DNA of 64,000 nucleotides, taken from NCBI GenBank assembly GCA_965223705.1, contig OZ245015.1, positions 1,216,001-1,280,000 of the forward strand. The letters run 5' to 3'. Shown here piece after piece: positions 19,901 to 27,606 of this stretch. Both the position numbers and the translations under genes were made by a program. Within the stretch, counting starts at the first letter, position 1, and each line of letters starts with the position of its first letter. The stretch is from Myxococcota bacterium (lineage in GTDB: Bacteria > Myxococcota_A > UBA9160 > UBA6930). The notes under the pieces are model-generated. The model searched no databases. It saw only the letters and a program-made list of their open reading frames with translations, and had not been told where the DNA came from.

Positions 19901-20710
19901 GTGAGCCGGACGCTTTCCACGGCCGAGGCCGCCCGCATCACGGGCCTGAGTGAAGTGCAAGTGCGTCGCATCGCCCGCTCCGGGCTGCGGCGGCCGGCGC
20001 GCTCCAGCCGGCGCTACGCGTTTACGTTTCAAGATCTCGTCGTGCTGCGCGCGGCCCAGACGTTGATCGAGTCCGGAGTCGCCCCGGGACGCACCGCGCG
20101 TGTGCTGTCCGATCTCGCCGCCGCACTGCCCGGCGAGCGCGCACTCTCGGCGGTGCGTGTGTACGCCGAAGGACGCCGGGTCGCCGTGCGGGATGAAGCC
20201 GGCGCGTGGGACGCCGAAACCGGGCAAGTGCTTCTCGATTTCGACGTGGCGGATTTTGCCGAGGCGACGGGTCCGGCCTTCCGCGTTGGCGGTGCGGACG
20301 ACGACGCGTCTCCGTTCGATCGTGCCCTCGATCTGGAGGAGTCCGATCCCAAGGCCGCCGCCGAGGCATACCGCGAGGTCCTGCGGCTCGCGCCGGATCA
20401 TATCGACGCTCATGTCAATCTCGGCAGGCTCTGCCACGAAGCGGGCGATCTGGAAGGAGCCGAGGCGCTCTACCGCGAAGCGTTCGAGCTGTGCCCGGAC
20501 GATCCGGTCGTCCTCTTCAACCTGGCCCTCGTGCTCGAGGACGCCCGTCGGCTCGAGGAGGCCGTCGCTTGCTATCGCGAAGTCCTACAGATCGATCGTG
20601 ATTTCAGTGACGCGCACTTCAACATCGCGAGTCTCTTCGAAGAGCTGCAGCGCCCCGCCGAGGCGCTGCGCCACTATCGCGACTACCAGCGTTTGCGCGA
20701 TCGGGATTGA
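19901..20710 (+). CDS. MerR-type HTH + tetratricopeptide repeat protein
   Basis: N-terminal STAEAARITGLSEVQVRRIARSGL...YAFTFQDLVVLR (MerR-like HTH). C-terminal TPRs: AHVNLGRL, VLFNLALVLED, AHFNIASL. Confidence 0.82.
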   Translation: MSRTLSTAEAARITGLSEVQVRRIARSGLRRPARSSRRYAFTFQDLVVLRAAQTLIESGVAPGRTARVLSDLAAALPGERALSAVRVYAEGRRVAVRDEAGAWDAETGQVLLDFDVADFAEATGPAFRVGGADDDASPFDRALDLEESDPKAAAEAYREVLRLAPDHIDAHVNLGRLCHEAGDLEGAEALYREAFELCPDDPVVLFNLALVLEDARRLEEAVACYREVLQIDRDFSDAHFNIASLFEELQRPAEALRHYRDYQRLRDRD

Positions 20711-20756
20711 GCGCGATCCGTTAAACTGATGTCCCCCTCTATAAGGAGCCTCCCCC

Positions 20757-21623
20757 ATGAAGTTCGGCGTCTTCTTCTCCTCCGTCGGTCCGTTTGTTCA
20801 GCCCGACAATCTCGCTCACCTAGCCCGGACGGCAGAGACCACCGGTTTTGAGTCGATGTGGAGCGTCGAGCACGTGGTGATCCCGGTGGGCTACGAGTCC
20901 GCCTATCCGTATGACAAGAGCGGCCGGATCCCGATGCCCGAAGACGTCCCGTTGGCCGATCCGCTGCTTCCTTTCGCCTACGCCGCCGCCGTCACGAAGA
21001 CGCTGAAGTTCGGCAGTGGCGTCTTGATTCTTCCGCAACAGCATCCGCTCTACGTGGCGAAGCAAGCGGCTACGCTCGACCAGCTGACCCAGGGGCGATT
21101 CCTGATGGGCGTCGGGATCGGCTGGCTCGAAGAAGAGTTCGATGCACTGGGCATTCCGTTCTCGGAGCGCGCTCCGCGAACCGAAGAAGCGATTCAGGCG
21201 ATCCGCTCGCTCTGGAAAGACACGCCCGAGGCGTTCGACGGGAAGTTCTACAAGTGGGGGCCGGTACATTCCCAGCCGAAGCCCGCTCAGCAAGGCGGCG
21301 TTCCCATCATCGTCGGCGGCCATGTGGCCGGCGCGGCGCGGCGTGCGGCTCGCTACGGCGACGGCTTCTTCCCCGGAACGTTCGATGCCGAGTCCTTGGC
21401 CAAGGCGCTCGCGGTGATGAAGGACGAGTGCGGCAAGATCGATCGCGATCCTTCCGAGATCGAGATCACGGCGGGTGTCGCGGGAGATGCCGTAGACACG
21501 ATCAAGCGCTGCGAAGACATGGGCGTGTCTCGGGTCCTCATGTTGGATTTTCCCGGTGGTACCCAGGACGAAGTCTCTGCGAACCTCGAGCGCTACGGGA
21601 ACGAGGTCATCGCAAAGGTTTGA
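20757..21623 (+). CDS. LLM-class, probably F420-dependent oxidoreductase (Rv2161c-like)
   Basis: GFESMWSVEHVVIP, DPL, AKQAATLD..GRF..GVGIGW..EEF, PKP, PIIVGG, RRAARYGDG. Confidence 0.85.
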   Translation: MKFGVFFSSVGPFVQPDNLAHLARTAETTGFESMWSVEHVVIPVGYESAYPYDKSGRIPMPEDVPLADPLLPFAYAAAVTKTLKFGSGVLILPQQHPLYVAKQAATLDQLTQGRFLMGVGIGWLEEEFDALGIPFSERAPRTEEAIQAIRSLWKDTPEAFDGKFYKWGPVHSQPKPAQQGGVPIIVGGHVAGAARRAARYGDGFFPGTFDAESLAKALAVMKDECGKIDRDPSEIEITAGVAGDAVDTIKRCEDMGVSRVLMLDFPGGTQDEVSANLERYGNEVIAKV

Positions 21624-21662
21624 TCGCGACCCGAACGTGAGCGACGTACCGAGCGAGCGGAT

Positions 21663-22439
21663 GTGAGCGAAGCACTTTCGGGTGGCGGCTCACCCGGGCG
21701 CCCCTACCGCAATCCCAATCCCGGTGCGGATTGGCCCATCCTCGATTGGTTGTCCGATCTTCGGGGCCGTCTGTTTCGGATCATCCTGCTGGGTCTCGTC
21801 GCCACGGTCGTCGCGTGGGGGTTCCGCGAGGAGATCTTCCGACTCCTCCTCCGTCCGGCGACGCGCGCCCTCGGTAGCGAGGGCGCGCTGCAGGCGATCG
21901 CCCCGACCGAGATCTTCTTCACGTACCTAAAGGCGTCGCTTCTCGCGGGATTCATCGCGATCATCCCGGTCTTCTTCTGGGAACTTTGGCAATTCGTTCG
22001 CAAGGCGACCGGGGGGGGTCGTTCCTGGACGACGCTCGCGTTCGCACTCGCATCGACGATCTTGTTCGCATCGGGGGTGGCGTTCGGCCATTTCTTGGTG
22101 TTCCCCCTGGTCTTCGATTTCTTCGCGTCGTTTTCGTCCTCTTACGTCGAAGCGGCGTGGACGATGCGGGAAGTCTTCAACCTGTCGATTCGACTCATCT
22201 TGGCGTTCGGCATCGGTTTCGAGCTCCCGCTGCTCACCTTCTTCCTCGCCGCAACGGGAATCGTCTCTCCCGAGCGCCTGCTGCGCTTCACGCCCTACGG
22301 CATCCTCGTGGCCTTTGTCCTGGCCGCGATTCTCACGCCGCCCGACGTCATCAGCCAGCTCTTGTTGGCTGCGCCGTTGTCGGTGCTCTACTTGATCGGT
22401 GTCGGCGCCGGAATGCTGGTGGCGCGCCGAGGGTCCTGA
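21663..22439 (+). CDS. tatC: Twin-arginine translocase subunit TatC (divergent paralog)
   Basis: LRGRL, PTEIFFTYLK, AFGIGFELP, AAILTPPDVISQLLLAAP..LY; about six TM helices. Confidence 0.82.
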   Translation: MSEALSGGGSPGRPYRNPNPGADWPILDWLSDLRGRLFRIILLGLVATVVAWGFREEIFRLLLRPATRALGSEGALQAIAPTEIFFTYLKASLLAGFIAIIPVFFWELWQFVRKATGGGRSWTTLAFALASTILFASGVAFGHFLVFPLVFDFFASFSSSYVEAAWTMREVFNLSIRLILAFGIGFELPLLTFFLAATGIVSPERLLRFTPYGILVAFVLAAILTPPDVISQLLLAAPLSVLYLIGVGAGMLVARRGS

Positions 22440-22443
22440 GGCC

Positions 22444-24378
22444 TCAGGCGTCCGAAGGATCGCGGAGTGCGCGCACCGGGGCGAGCCGGCCCGAAGCGGC
22501 GAGCGCTTCGGCAATGCAGCGCCGCAGTGCGACGTCGCCGAAGGGTTTGGGCAAGAAGTGAGGGAACCCATCGGGAAGGGGCCGTTCGCTGGCGAACCCG
22601 CTGGTCAGAATGATTGCCGCTTCGCACCCGTCCCGTCTCAACCGCTCCGCGATAACGAGTCCGGAAATGTCCGGAAGCGTGATGTCGATGAGGATCGCAT
22701 CGAACGCGGCCTGCGGTGCGGCGATGGCTTCCAGGCCTTCGCGTGCGGTTTCTGCGGTGACGACTACACAGCCGGCTAGCTCGAGAATCCGGGAAGCGAT
22801 CTCGCGGACGGAGACCTCGTCGTCGATGATGAGAACCCGCGCGTAGATCTTTTCGTGGCGCTTGGGAGAGCCGGTCTCTTCCGCTTGCGCGTGTTCCGGA
22901 TCGCGAAGCGGGAACAACGCGCGAAAGGTCGTCCCGCGCCCGACCTCGCTTTCGACTTCGAGAATGCCGCCATGGGCCCGAACAATCCCGATCACCGCCG
23001 AAAGCCCGAGACCGCGACCCTGGCCCTTGGTCGTGAAGAAAGGATCGAACATGCGCTCGCGGGTATCGGCGTCGACGCCGTGGCCTTCGTCGCGAACACA
23101 GAGTTCGGCGTACCAGCCCGGCCGCGCGTCCTGGGCGCCCAGGTGGCCGGCCAATCGCGCAGTGCCAACCTCGACGGGCCGGGTTGAAATCCAGACCGCC
23201 CCGTCGCCTCCGGCGAGGGCTTCCGCACCGTTCAAGATCGCGTTGAGTCCCATTTGAAGGACCTCGATCTCGTTGCCGAGAATCGGCAGCGGCGTCGGGT
23301 GAAGATCGATCGAGAGTCGCGTGCCCTTCCCGAGCGAAGGGCGCGCGAGCGAAGCCGATTCGCGCACCACCTGGGACAGGTCGAGGTCCGACGGGCTCTC
23401 GAGTGTCCTCCCGCCGTAGGTCAGGATCCGTTCGCAGAGCTGTCCCGCCCGCTCCGCGAGAACGCCGATTTCGTGCGCGTACCCGGAGGGCTCGGAGTCT
23501 TCGGGAAGCGCGCGCCCGAGCAGATCGGCGTAGCCGAGAATCCCCGTCAAGAGGTTGTTGAAGTCGTGTGCGATACCTCCGGCGAGCACTCCCAGACTTT
23601 CGAGTTTCTGCACCTGTCGCAGGTGACGCTCCGACTCGCGGATCGATTCTTCGCGTTCGCGCTGCTCGGTAACGTCGAGGGCCGTGCTGAGCACGGACCG
23701 AACGTCGCCCTGGGGGCCGAGGCCAAACACGGAATCCCACGTGTGGATGCGGCGCCATTGTCCGTGGGCATTCTGAATCCGGTACTCACTCTCGATGACG
23801 GCGCCTTCCTCGGCCTCGCCGAGTTGTTGGGCGACGGAATAGAAGAGGCCCAGGTCTTCGGGATGAATGCGCTCAGTGAGCAGTCGCAGCCCGCCTTTCT
23901 CCATTTCCGCTTCGGTCAGCCCGTGGAGTTCTTGCCAGCGCACGTTCGCGAAGGCGGTGGTCTGCTTCTCGAGATCGAAGATCGACACCAGGTTGGGACC
24001 CAGATCGGTAATGCGCCGAGCCATCGGTTCTTGGAGGCCTGCGGGAGACGTCGAGACCTCGGAGTAGATCGCGAAGCCGTCGTCGGTTTCCACGCGGTGG
24101 ACGCAGCAGGGAAGCGGCGGGGGCGACGCCCCTTCGCCCGGGCTGTCGTCCGACGCGTGGGGCAGGTGGGTGCGGGCGTAATCGATCAGGGACTGGGTAC
24201 GGGAAGGCCCGAGTTGCGAAAACGCGGCATTTGCGAACGCGAGCTCGCCGTCGGACCGCAGCCAAAAGAGAGGCGCGGCGAGCGCATCGTAGGCGGTACG
24301 CGCGAGCTCGAAAGCTTCGCCGCTGCCCTCGGCGACCACGACTTGCGCCATCACTTCCAGCGCGTTTTCGCCTCTCAT
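22444..24378 (-). CDS. PAS-domain hybrid sensor histidine kinase/response regulator
   Basis: PAS (RIHPEDL...EYRI..HGQWRRI), H-box QKLESLGVLAGGIAHDFNNLL, HATPase (VRDEGHG, FDPFFTTK, GRGLGL), REC (IIDDE, DITLPD, PKPF). Confidence 0.93.
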   Translation of the reverse strand: MRGENALEVMAQVVVAEGSGEAFELARTAYDALAAPLFWLRSDGELAFANAAFSQLGPSRTQSLIDYARTHLPHASDDSPGEGASPPPLPCCVHRVETDDGFAIYSEVSTSPAGLQEPMARRITDLGPNLVSIFDLEKQTTAFANVRWQELHGLTEAEMEKGGLRLLTERIHPEDLGLFYSVAQQLGEAEEGAVIESEYRIQNAHGQWRRIHTWDSVFGLGPQGDVRSVLSTALDVTEQREREESIRESERHLRQVQKLESLGVLAGGIAHDFNNLLTGILGYADLLGRALPEDSEPSGYAHEIGVLAERAGQLCERILTYGGRTLESPSDLDLSQVVRESASLARPSLGKGTRLSIDLHPTPLPILGNEIEVLQMGLNAILNGAEALAGGDGAVWISTRPVEVGTARLAGHLGAQDARPGWYAELCVRDEGHGVDADTRERMFDPFFTTKGQGRGLGLSAVIGIVRAHGGILEVESEVGRGTTFRALFPLRDPEHAQAEETGSPKRHEKIYARVLIIDDEVSVREIASRILELAGCVVVTAETAREGLEAIAAPQAAFDAILIDITLPDISGLVIAERLRRDGCEAAIILTSGFASERPLPDGFPHFLPKPFGDVALRRCIAEALAASGRLAPVRALRDPSDA

Positions 24379-24501
24379 GCTCTTTTTGTTGCGGATAATA
24401 AAGTCATTTAAAAACAGTTACTTAGAAAAAAATTAACGCTTCCGTGAAAGTTGCCGATACGGGGTTTTGTACTGAGTAATTGAAATTCTAAAGGAGCCCA
24501 C
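24379..24501. promoter_or_regulatory. AT-rich divergent promoter region between the hybrid kinase and scyA
   Basis: About 44 G+C in 123 nt (~36%) by hand count, against a GC-rich background; A/T tracts; SD AAGGAG before GTG 24502. Confidence 0.6.
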
Positions 24502-26286
24502 GTGTCCGAGCACCCGAATCCCGAAAGCGTACTGGATCCCGAACGCCCGCTCCCTGGTTGGGATGGGGCCAAGACCGTCTCCGGACTCAAGGACATTCCT
24601 CTCCTCGCGGAACAACAAACGCAGGAGCCTCGAGAATGCCGTGTGGCCGATGCCCTGGTCGGCGCCTTCGCCGACATGGGAATCCGCCGGGCCTACGGCG
24701 TTTCGGGCGGCGCGATGGCGACGTTCTGGGAAGCGCTCACCTTGAGCGACCTCTCGGTGCTCCATTTCCGTCACGAAGGTGGGGCCGCTTTCGCAGCGAT
24801 CGAGGCCCACTTCGCCTCGGACGAACCGGTGCTGCTTTTCACGACGGCGGGTCCGGGCATTACGAACGCCCTGACGGGGATCCTCGCCGCGAAAGGAGAG
24901 GGCGCGAAAATCGTGATGGTTTCCGCGTGCACGCCGGCCGGTCAGCGCGGCCGCTTCGGCACACAGGAAACCGACTTTCAAACCTTGCCCGCATCCGGGA
25001 TTTTTTCGTCCGGTCCACTTTTCGATTGCGCCGAAGTCATCGAGAGCGCCGATCAACTGCCGCAACTGGTGCGCCGACTGAAGAGTGGGCTCGAGGGCCC
25101 GGGCGGGTTCACCGCTCACGTGAGCTTGACGACCCGTGTTCAGACGGAAGCGGCGCCGCGAGAGTTCGCATCGATCACCCGAGCGCCGGCACCTGAGAGC
25201 GATCGCGGTAGTGCGGCCGACGTCGCCGCGCGACTCGCGGGAAAGCGCTTCGCCCTCTGGGTCGGGTTCGGAGCACGTCACGCTTCGCGCGAGATCGTTC
25301 GCTTTGCCGAGCGCTACGGCACGCCTGTGTTCGCTACGCCTCGCGGAAAGGGCGTTTTTCCCGAGTCGCATCTGCTTTACACGGGCGTGACGGGCCTCGG
25401 TGGTCACACCAGTGTCGCGGAGACGCTGTCGAGCTACGCACCGGAGTTCGTGCTGGTCCTCGGCACCCGTCTACACGAATCGAGCTCGTTCTGGTCCGGC
25501 GACTATGCGCCGCCCGGTGGCTTCATCCACGTCGACGTGGATCCTACGGTTCCCGGACAGGCTTACTGCGATCAGCCCACCGTCGTCGTACAGGCCGAGA
25601 TCGCCGCGTTCCTCGCGGTCCTCACCGAAGAGCTCGGCGATGCGTCGCCCGATGATGACTGGCTTCCGCGCAAGCCGATCCCGGCGAACCCCGGCACTTC
25701 GCAACCCGGACGCGTGCGCCCCGAGTTCCTGATGGAGGCGATTCAATCCGGCGTCATCGACGACACGGACGCCATCGTGATCGCAGAGTCCGGCAACTCG
25801 TTCATCTGGAGCCAGCACCACCTGTCGTTCGATCAGCCGCGTCGGTATCGCGCGAGTACCCAGGTCGGCTCGATGGGTCACGCCGTCGCTGGTGTGGTCG
25901 GCGCGGCCCACGCCACGGGTCGGAAGGCCGTCGCCATCACCGGCGATGGGTCCATGCTCATGAACAACGAGATCAGCACGGCGGTCGCGCACGGCATTCC
26001 GGCGGTCTGGGTCATCCTGAACGACGGCCATTACAACATGTGTCGCCAGGGAATGGCGTCCCTCGGTCTGTCGCCTGCGGATACCGCGATTCCGCCGACG
26101 GATTTCGTCGGGATCGCGCGGGCGATGGGGGCGGACGGTCTGCGCGTCGGGTGCGAAGACGATCTCAAGACCGCCTTCGACCGCGCCCTCTCCTCGAACC
26201 GGCCGTTCGTGTTGGACGTCCTGGTAGACGTCGACGCCCAGGCGCCGTCGCACGGTCGCAATCGCCGCCTCGCGGCCCAACGCTAG
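24502..26286 (+). CDS. scyA: ThDP-dependent acyloin synthase, ScyA-type (scytonemin biosynthesis)
   Basis: GVSGGAMATFW, FRHEGGAAFAA.EA, TTAGPGITNALTG..AA.GEGAK, QRGR...QET, ESGNSF.W, GDGSMLMNNEISTAV..IPA.W..LND..YNM, APSHGRN. These track recalled Nostoc ScyA along its full length, and the gene is adjacent to scyC. Confidence 0.82.
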   Translation: MSEHPNPESVLDPERPLPGWDGAKTVSGLKDIPLLAEQQTQEPRECRVADALVGAFADMGIRRAYGVSGGAMATFWEALTLSDLSVLHFRHEGGAAFAAIEAHFASDEPVLLFTTAGPGITNALTGILAAKGEGAKIVMVSACTPAGQRGRFGTQETDFQTLPASGIFSSGPLFDCAEVIESADQLPQLVRRLKSGLEGPGGFTAHVSLTTRVQTEAAPREFASITRAPAPESDRGSAADVAARLAGKRFALWVGFGARHASREIVRFAERYGTPVFATPRGKGVFPESHLLYTGVTGLGGHTSVAETLSSYAPEFVLVLGTRLHESSSFWSGDYAPPGGFIHVDVDPTVPGQAYCDQPTVVVQAEIAAFLAVLTEELGDASPDDDWLPRKPIPANPGTSQPGRVRPEFLMEAIQSGVIDDTDAIVIAESGNSFIWSQHHLSFDQPRRYRASTQVGSMGHAVAGVVGAAHATGRKAVAITGDGSMLMNNEISTAVAHGIPAVWVILNDGHYNMCRQGMASLGLSPADTAIPPTDFVGIARAMGADGLRVGCEDDLKTAFDRALSSNRPFVLDVLVDVDAQAPSHGRNRRLAAQR

Positions 26287-26297
26287 GAGCCCATCCG

Positions 26298-27248
26298 ATG
26301 GAAAAGAACACGTTTGCTACGTCGGCCTACATCGACGCACCGATGGACGACATCTTCGCCTACCTCGGCGATCTAAAGAATCTCGGTGAGTGGACACTGT
26401 TCAGCAAAATGCAGGAGCAGGTCGACGACGACACCTGGATCGGAACCGCGTCGGGCTACCAAAGCGAGCTCTACTACCACGTGCGTCGCTTCGAAAGCTC
26501 GAAGTTCCGTGGCATCGAGTGGCACTGCGGGCTCACCTACAACGAGTACCACCAGGTCTACCCGGTGTTGCTGTTTCCGTCGCAGTACATCGATCCCGCG
26601 TCCACCGAAACCGGTGCGTACTTCCATTGGGTGAGCTTCGTCGATCCCAAACGCCGAACGCGTATGATCAAAGAAGGCATCGATACGGTGCACAATTCCG
26701 AGTGTCGCTCTCTCAAAGCGAACCTCGAGCGCAAGGCCGGCCATAGCGGAGCCGTTCCCGCGAACTACCGCATCGAGACCGACACTATCTTCGTGGACGC
26801 GCCCGTCGCGATCGGCGTCAATTTCCTGCAGGACATCTCGCACGTCGCCGAATGGGCGCATTTGCTGACCCCCGAGAATCCGAACGATCCCGGTGCCGGG
26901 AAGTTTCTCGACGAGTACGGGCAGCGCGTCGAGGCGAGTGTGCATGTGCGCGAGATGGGTGGCTACTTCCTGCTCGAGCAAGACTTCGCCTACACCGACA
27001 GCCACTTCGTGCAGCGCTGCCCGGCGATCCTCATTCCGTGTTCGTACGCGTTCGGCGACAATTCGGCCTTGGGATTCCTGCTGCACCGCATCGCCTTTTT
27101 TCCCGAAGGCGAGAAGCTTCGCAACGGTCACTTGACGATCGATGACTACGGAGCCGAGAGCATCAACATCAAACGCATGATCGAAGCGCGCGCGGGAAAC
27201 CTGAAGAGCTTCGGGGAGGGTCGAAGCTACCGACCGGACTTGCCCTAG
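26298..27248 (+). CDS. scyC: Scytonemin biosynthesis cyclase/decarboxylase ScyC
   Basis: Start moved to ATG 26298 (SD AGGAG). MEKNTFATSAYI, EWTL.S.M.EQVD.DTW.GTASGY, GIEWHCGL.Y, YFHW.SFVDPKR, SECRSLK.NLERKAG, GAES.NIKR..EA.AGNLKSF match recalled cyanobacterial ScyC. Confidence 0.88.
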   Translation: MEKNTFATSAYIDAPMDDIFAYLGDLKNLGEWTLFSKMQEQVDDDTWIGTASGYQSELYYHVRRFESSKFRGIEWHCGLTYNEYHQVYPVLLFPSQYIDPASTETGAYFHWVSFVDPKRRTRMIKEGIDTVHNSECRSLKANLERKAGHSGAVPANYRIETDTIFVDAPVAIGVNFLQDISHVAEWAHLLTPENPNDPGAGKFLDEYGQRVEASVHVREMGGYFLLEQDFAYTDSHFVQRCPAILIPCSYAFGDNSALGFLLHRIAFFPEGEKLRNGHLTIDDYGAESINIKRMIEARAGNLKSFGEGRSYRPDLP

Positions 27249-27499
27249 CGCGGAGGATCGCTCGGCTCAGGTGCTGCGCGGCCTACGGCCCGTTCCGCGT
27301 GCCTCCGGACGGCCGCGAGCCACCGCCGCGCGAAGGCGAACTCGAGGGACAAGATGGCGAGTCCGGCCGGGATGACCACAAACGCGGGGCCCGGCAGCAC
27401 CAGGAGTGCGATCCCCACGAGGAGGACGGTCACGCCTACGACGGTGACGACGACCCGCCGAGCCGTCTTGTAGCTCGCTTCTAAAAACTTCTGGAACAC
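27245..27499 (-). CDS. PGPGW-domain small membrane protein
   Basis: GVTVLLVGIALLVLPGPAFVVIPAGLAILSLEFAFARR; GTG 27499 start is approximate. Confidence 0.8.
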   Translation of the reverse strand: MFQKFLEASYKTARRVVVTVVGVTVLLVGIALLVLPGPAFVVIPAGLAILSLEFAFARRWLAAVRRHAERAVGRAAPEPSDPPR

Positions 27500-27606
27500 G
27501 CTGACCCTGATACGAAATGAGCGGTCGGAACGTTCGTTTCCCCGTGGGGGCAGGGATCTTCCCGCGCCCGCTGCGGTATTATGGGAACTCATCCTGGAGG
27601 AAGCGA

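Noticed and set aside
22011..22018. G8 homopolymer in tatC as a phase-variation or frameshift site
   Set aside because: The frame is intact with TatC motifs on both sides; nothing in a single sequence supports switching.
24502..26286. Calling the ThDP enzyme acetolactate synthase (ilvB)
   Set aside because: No ilvH/ilvC context; the motifs and the scyC neighbour fit the ScyA subfamily.
24492..26293. Identical AGGAGCCCA before scyA (24492-24500) and scyC (26285-26293)
   Set aside because: Mostly explained by the Shine-Dalgarno sequence; too short to call a regulatory repeat.
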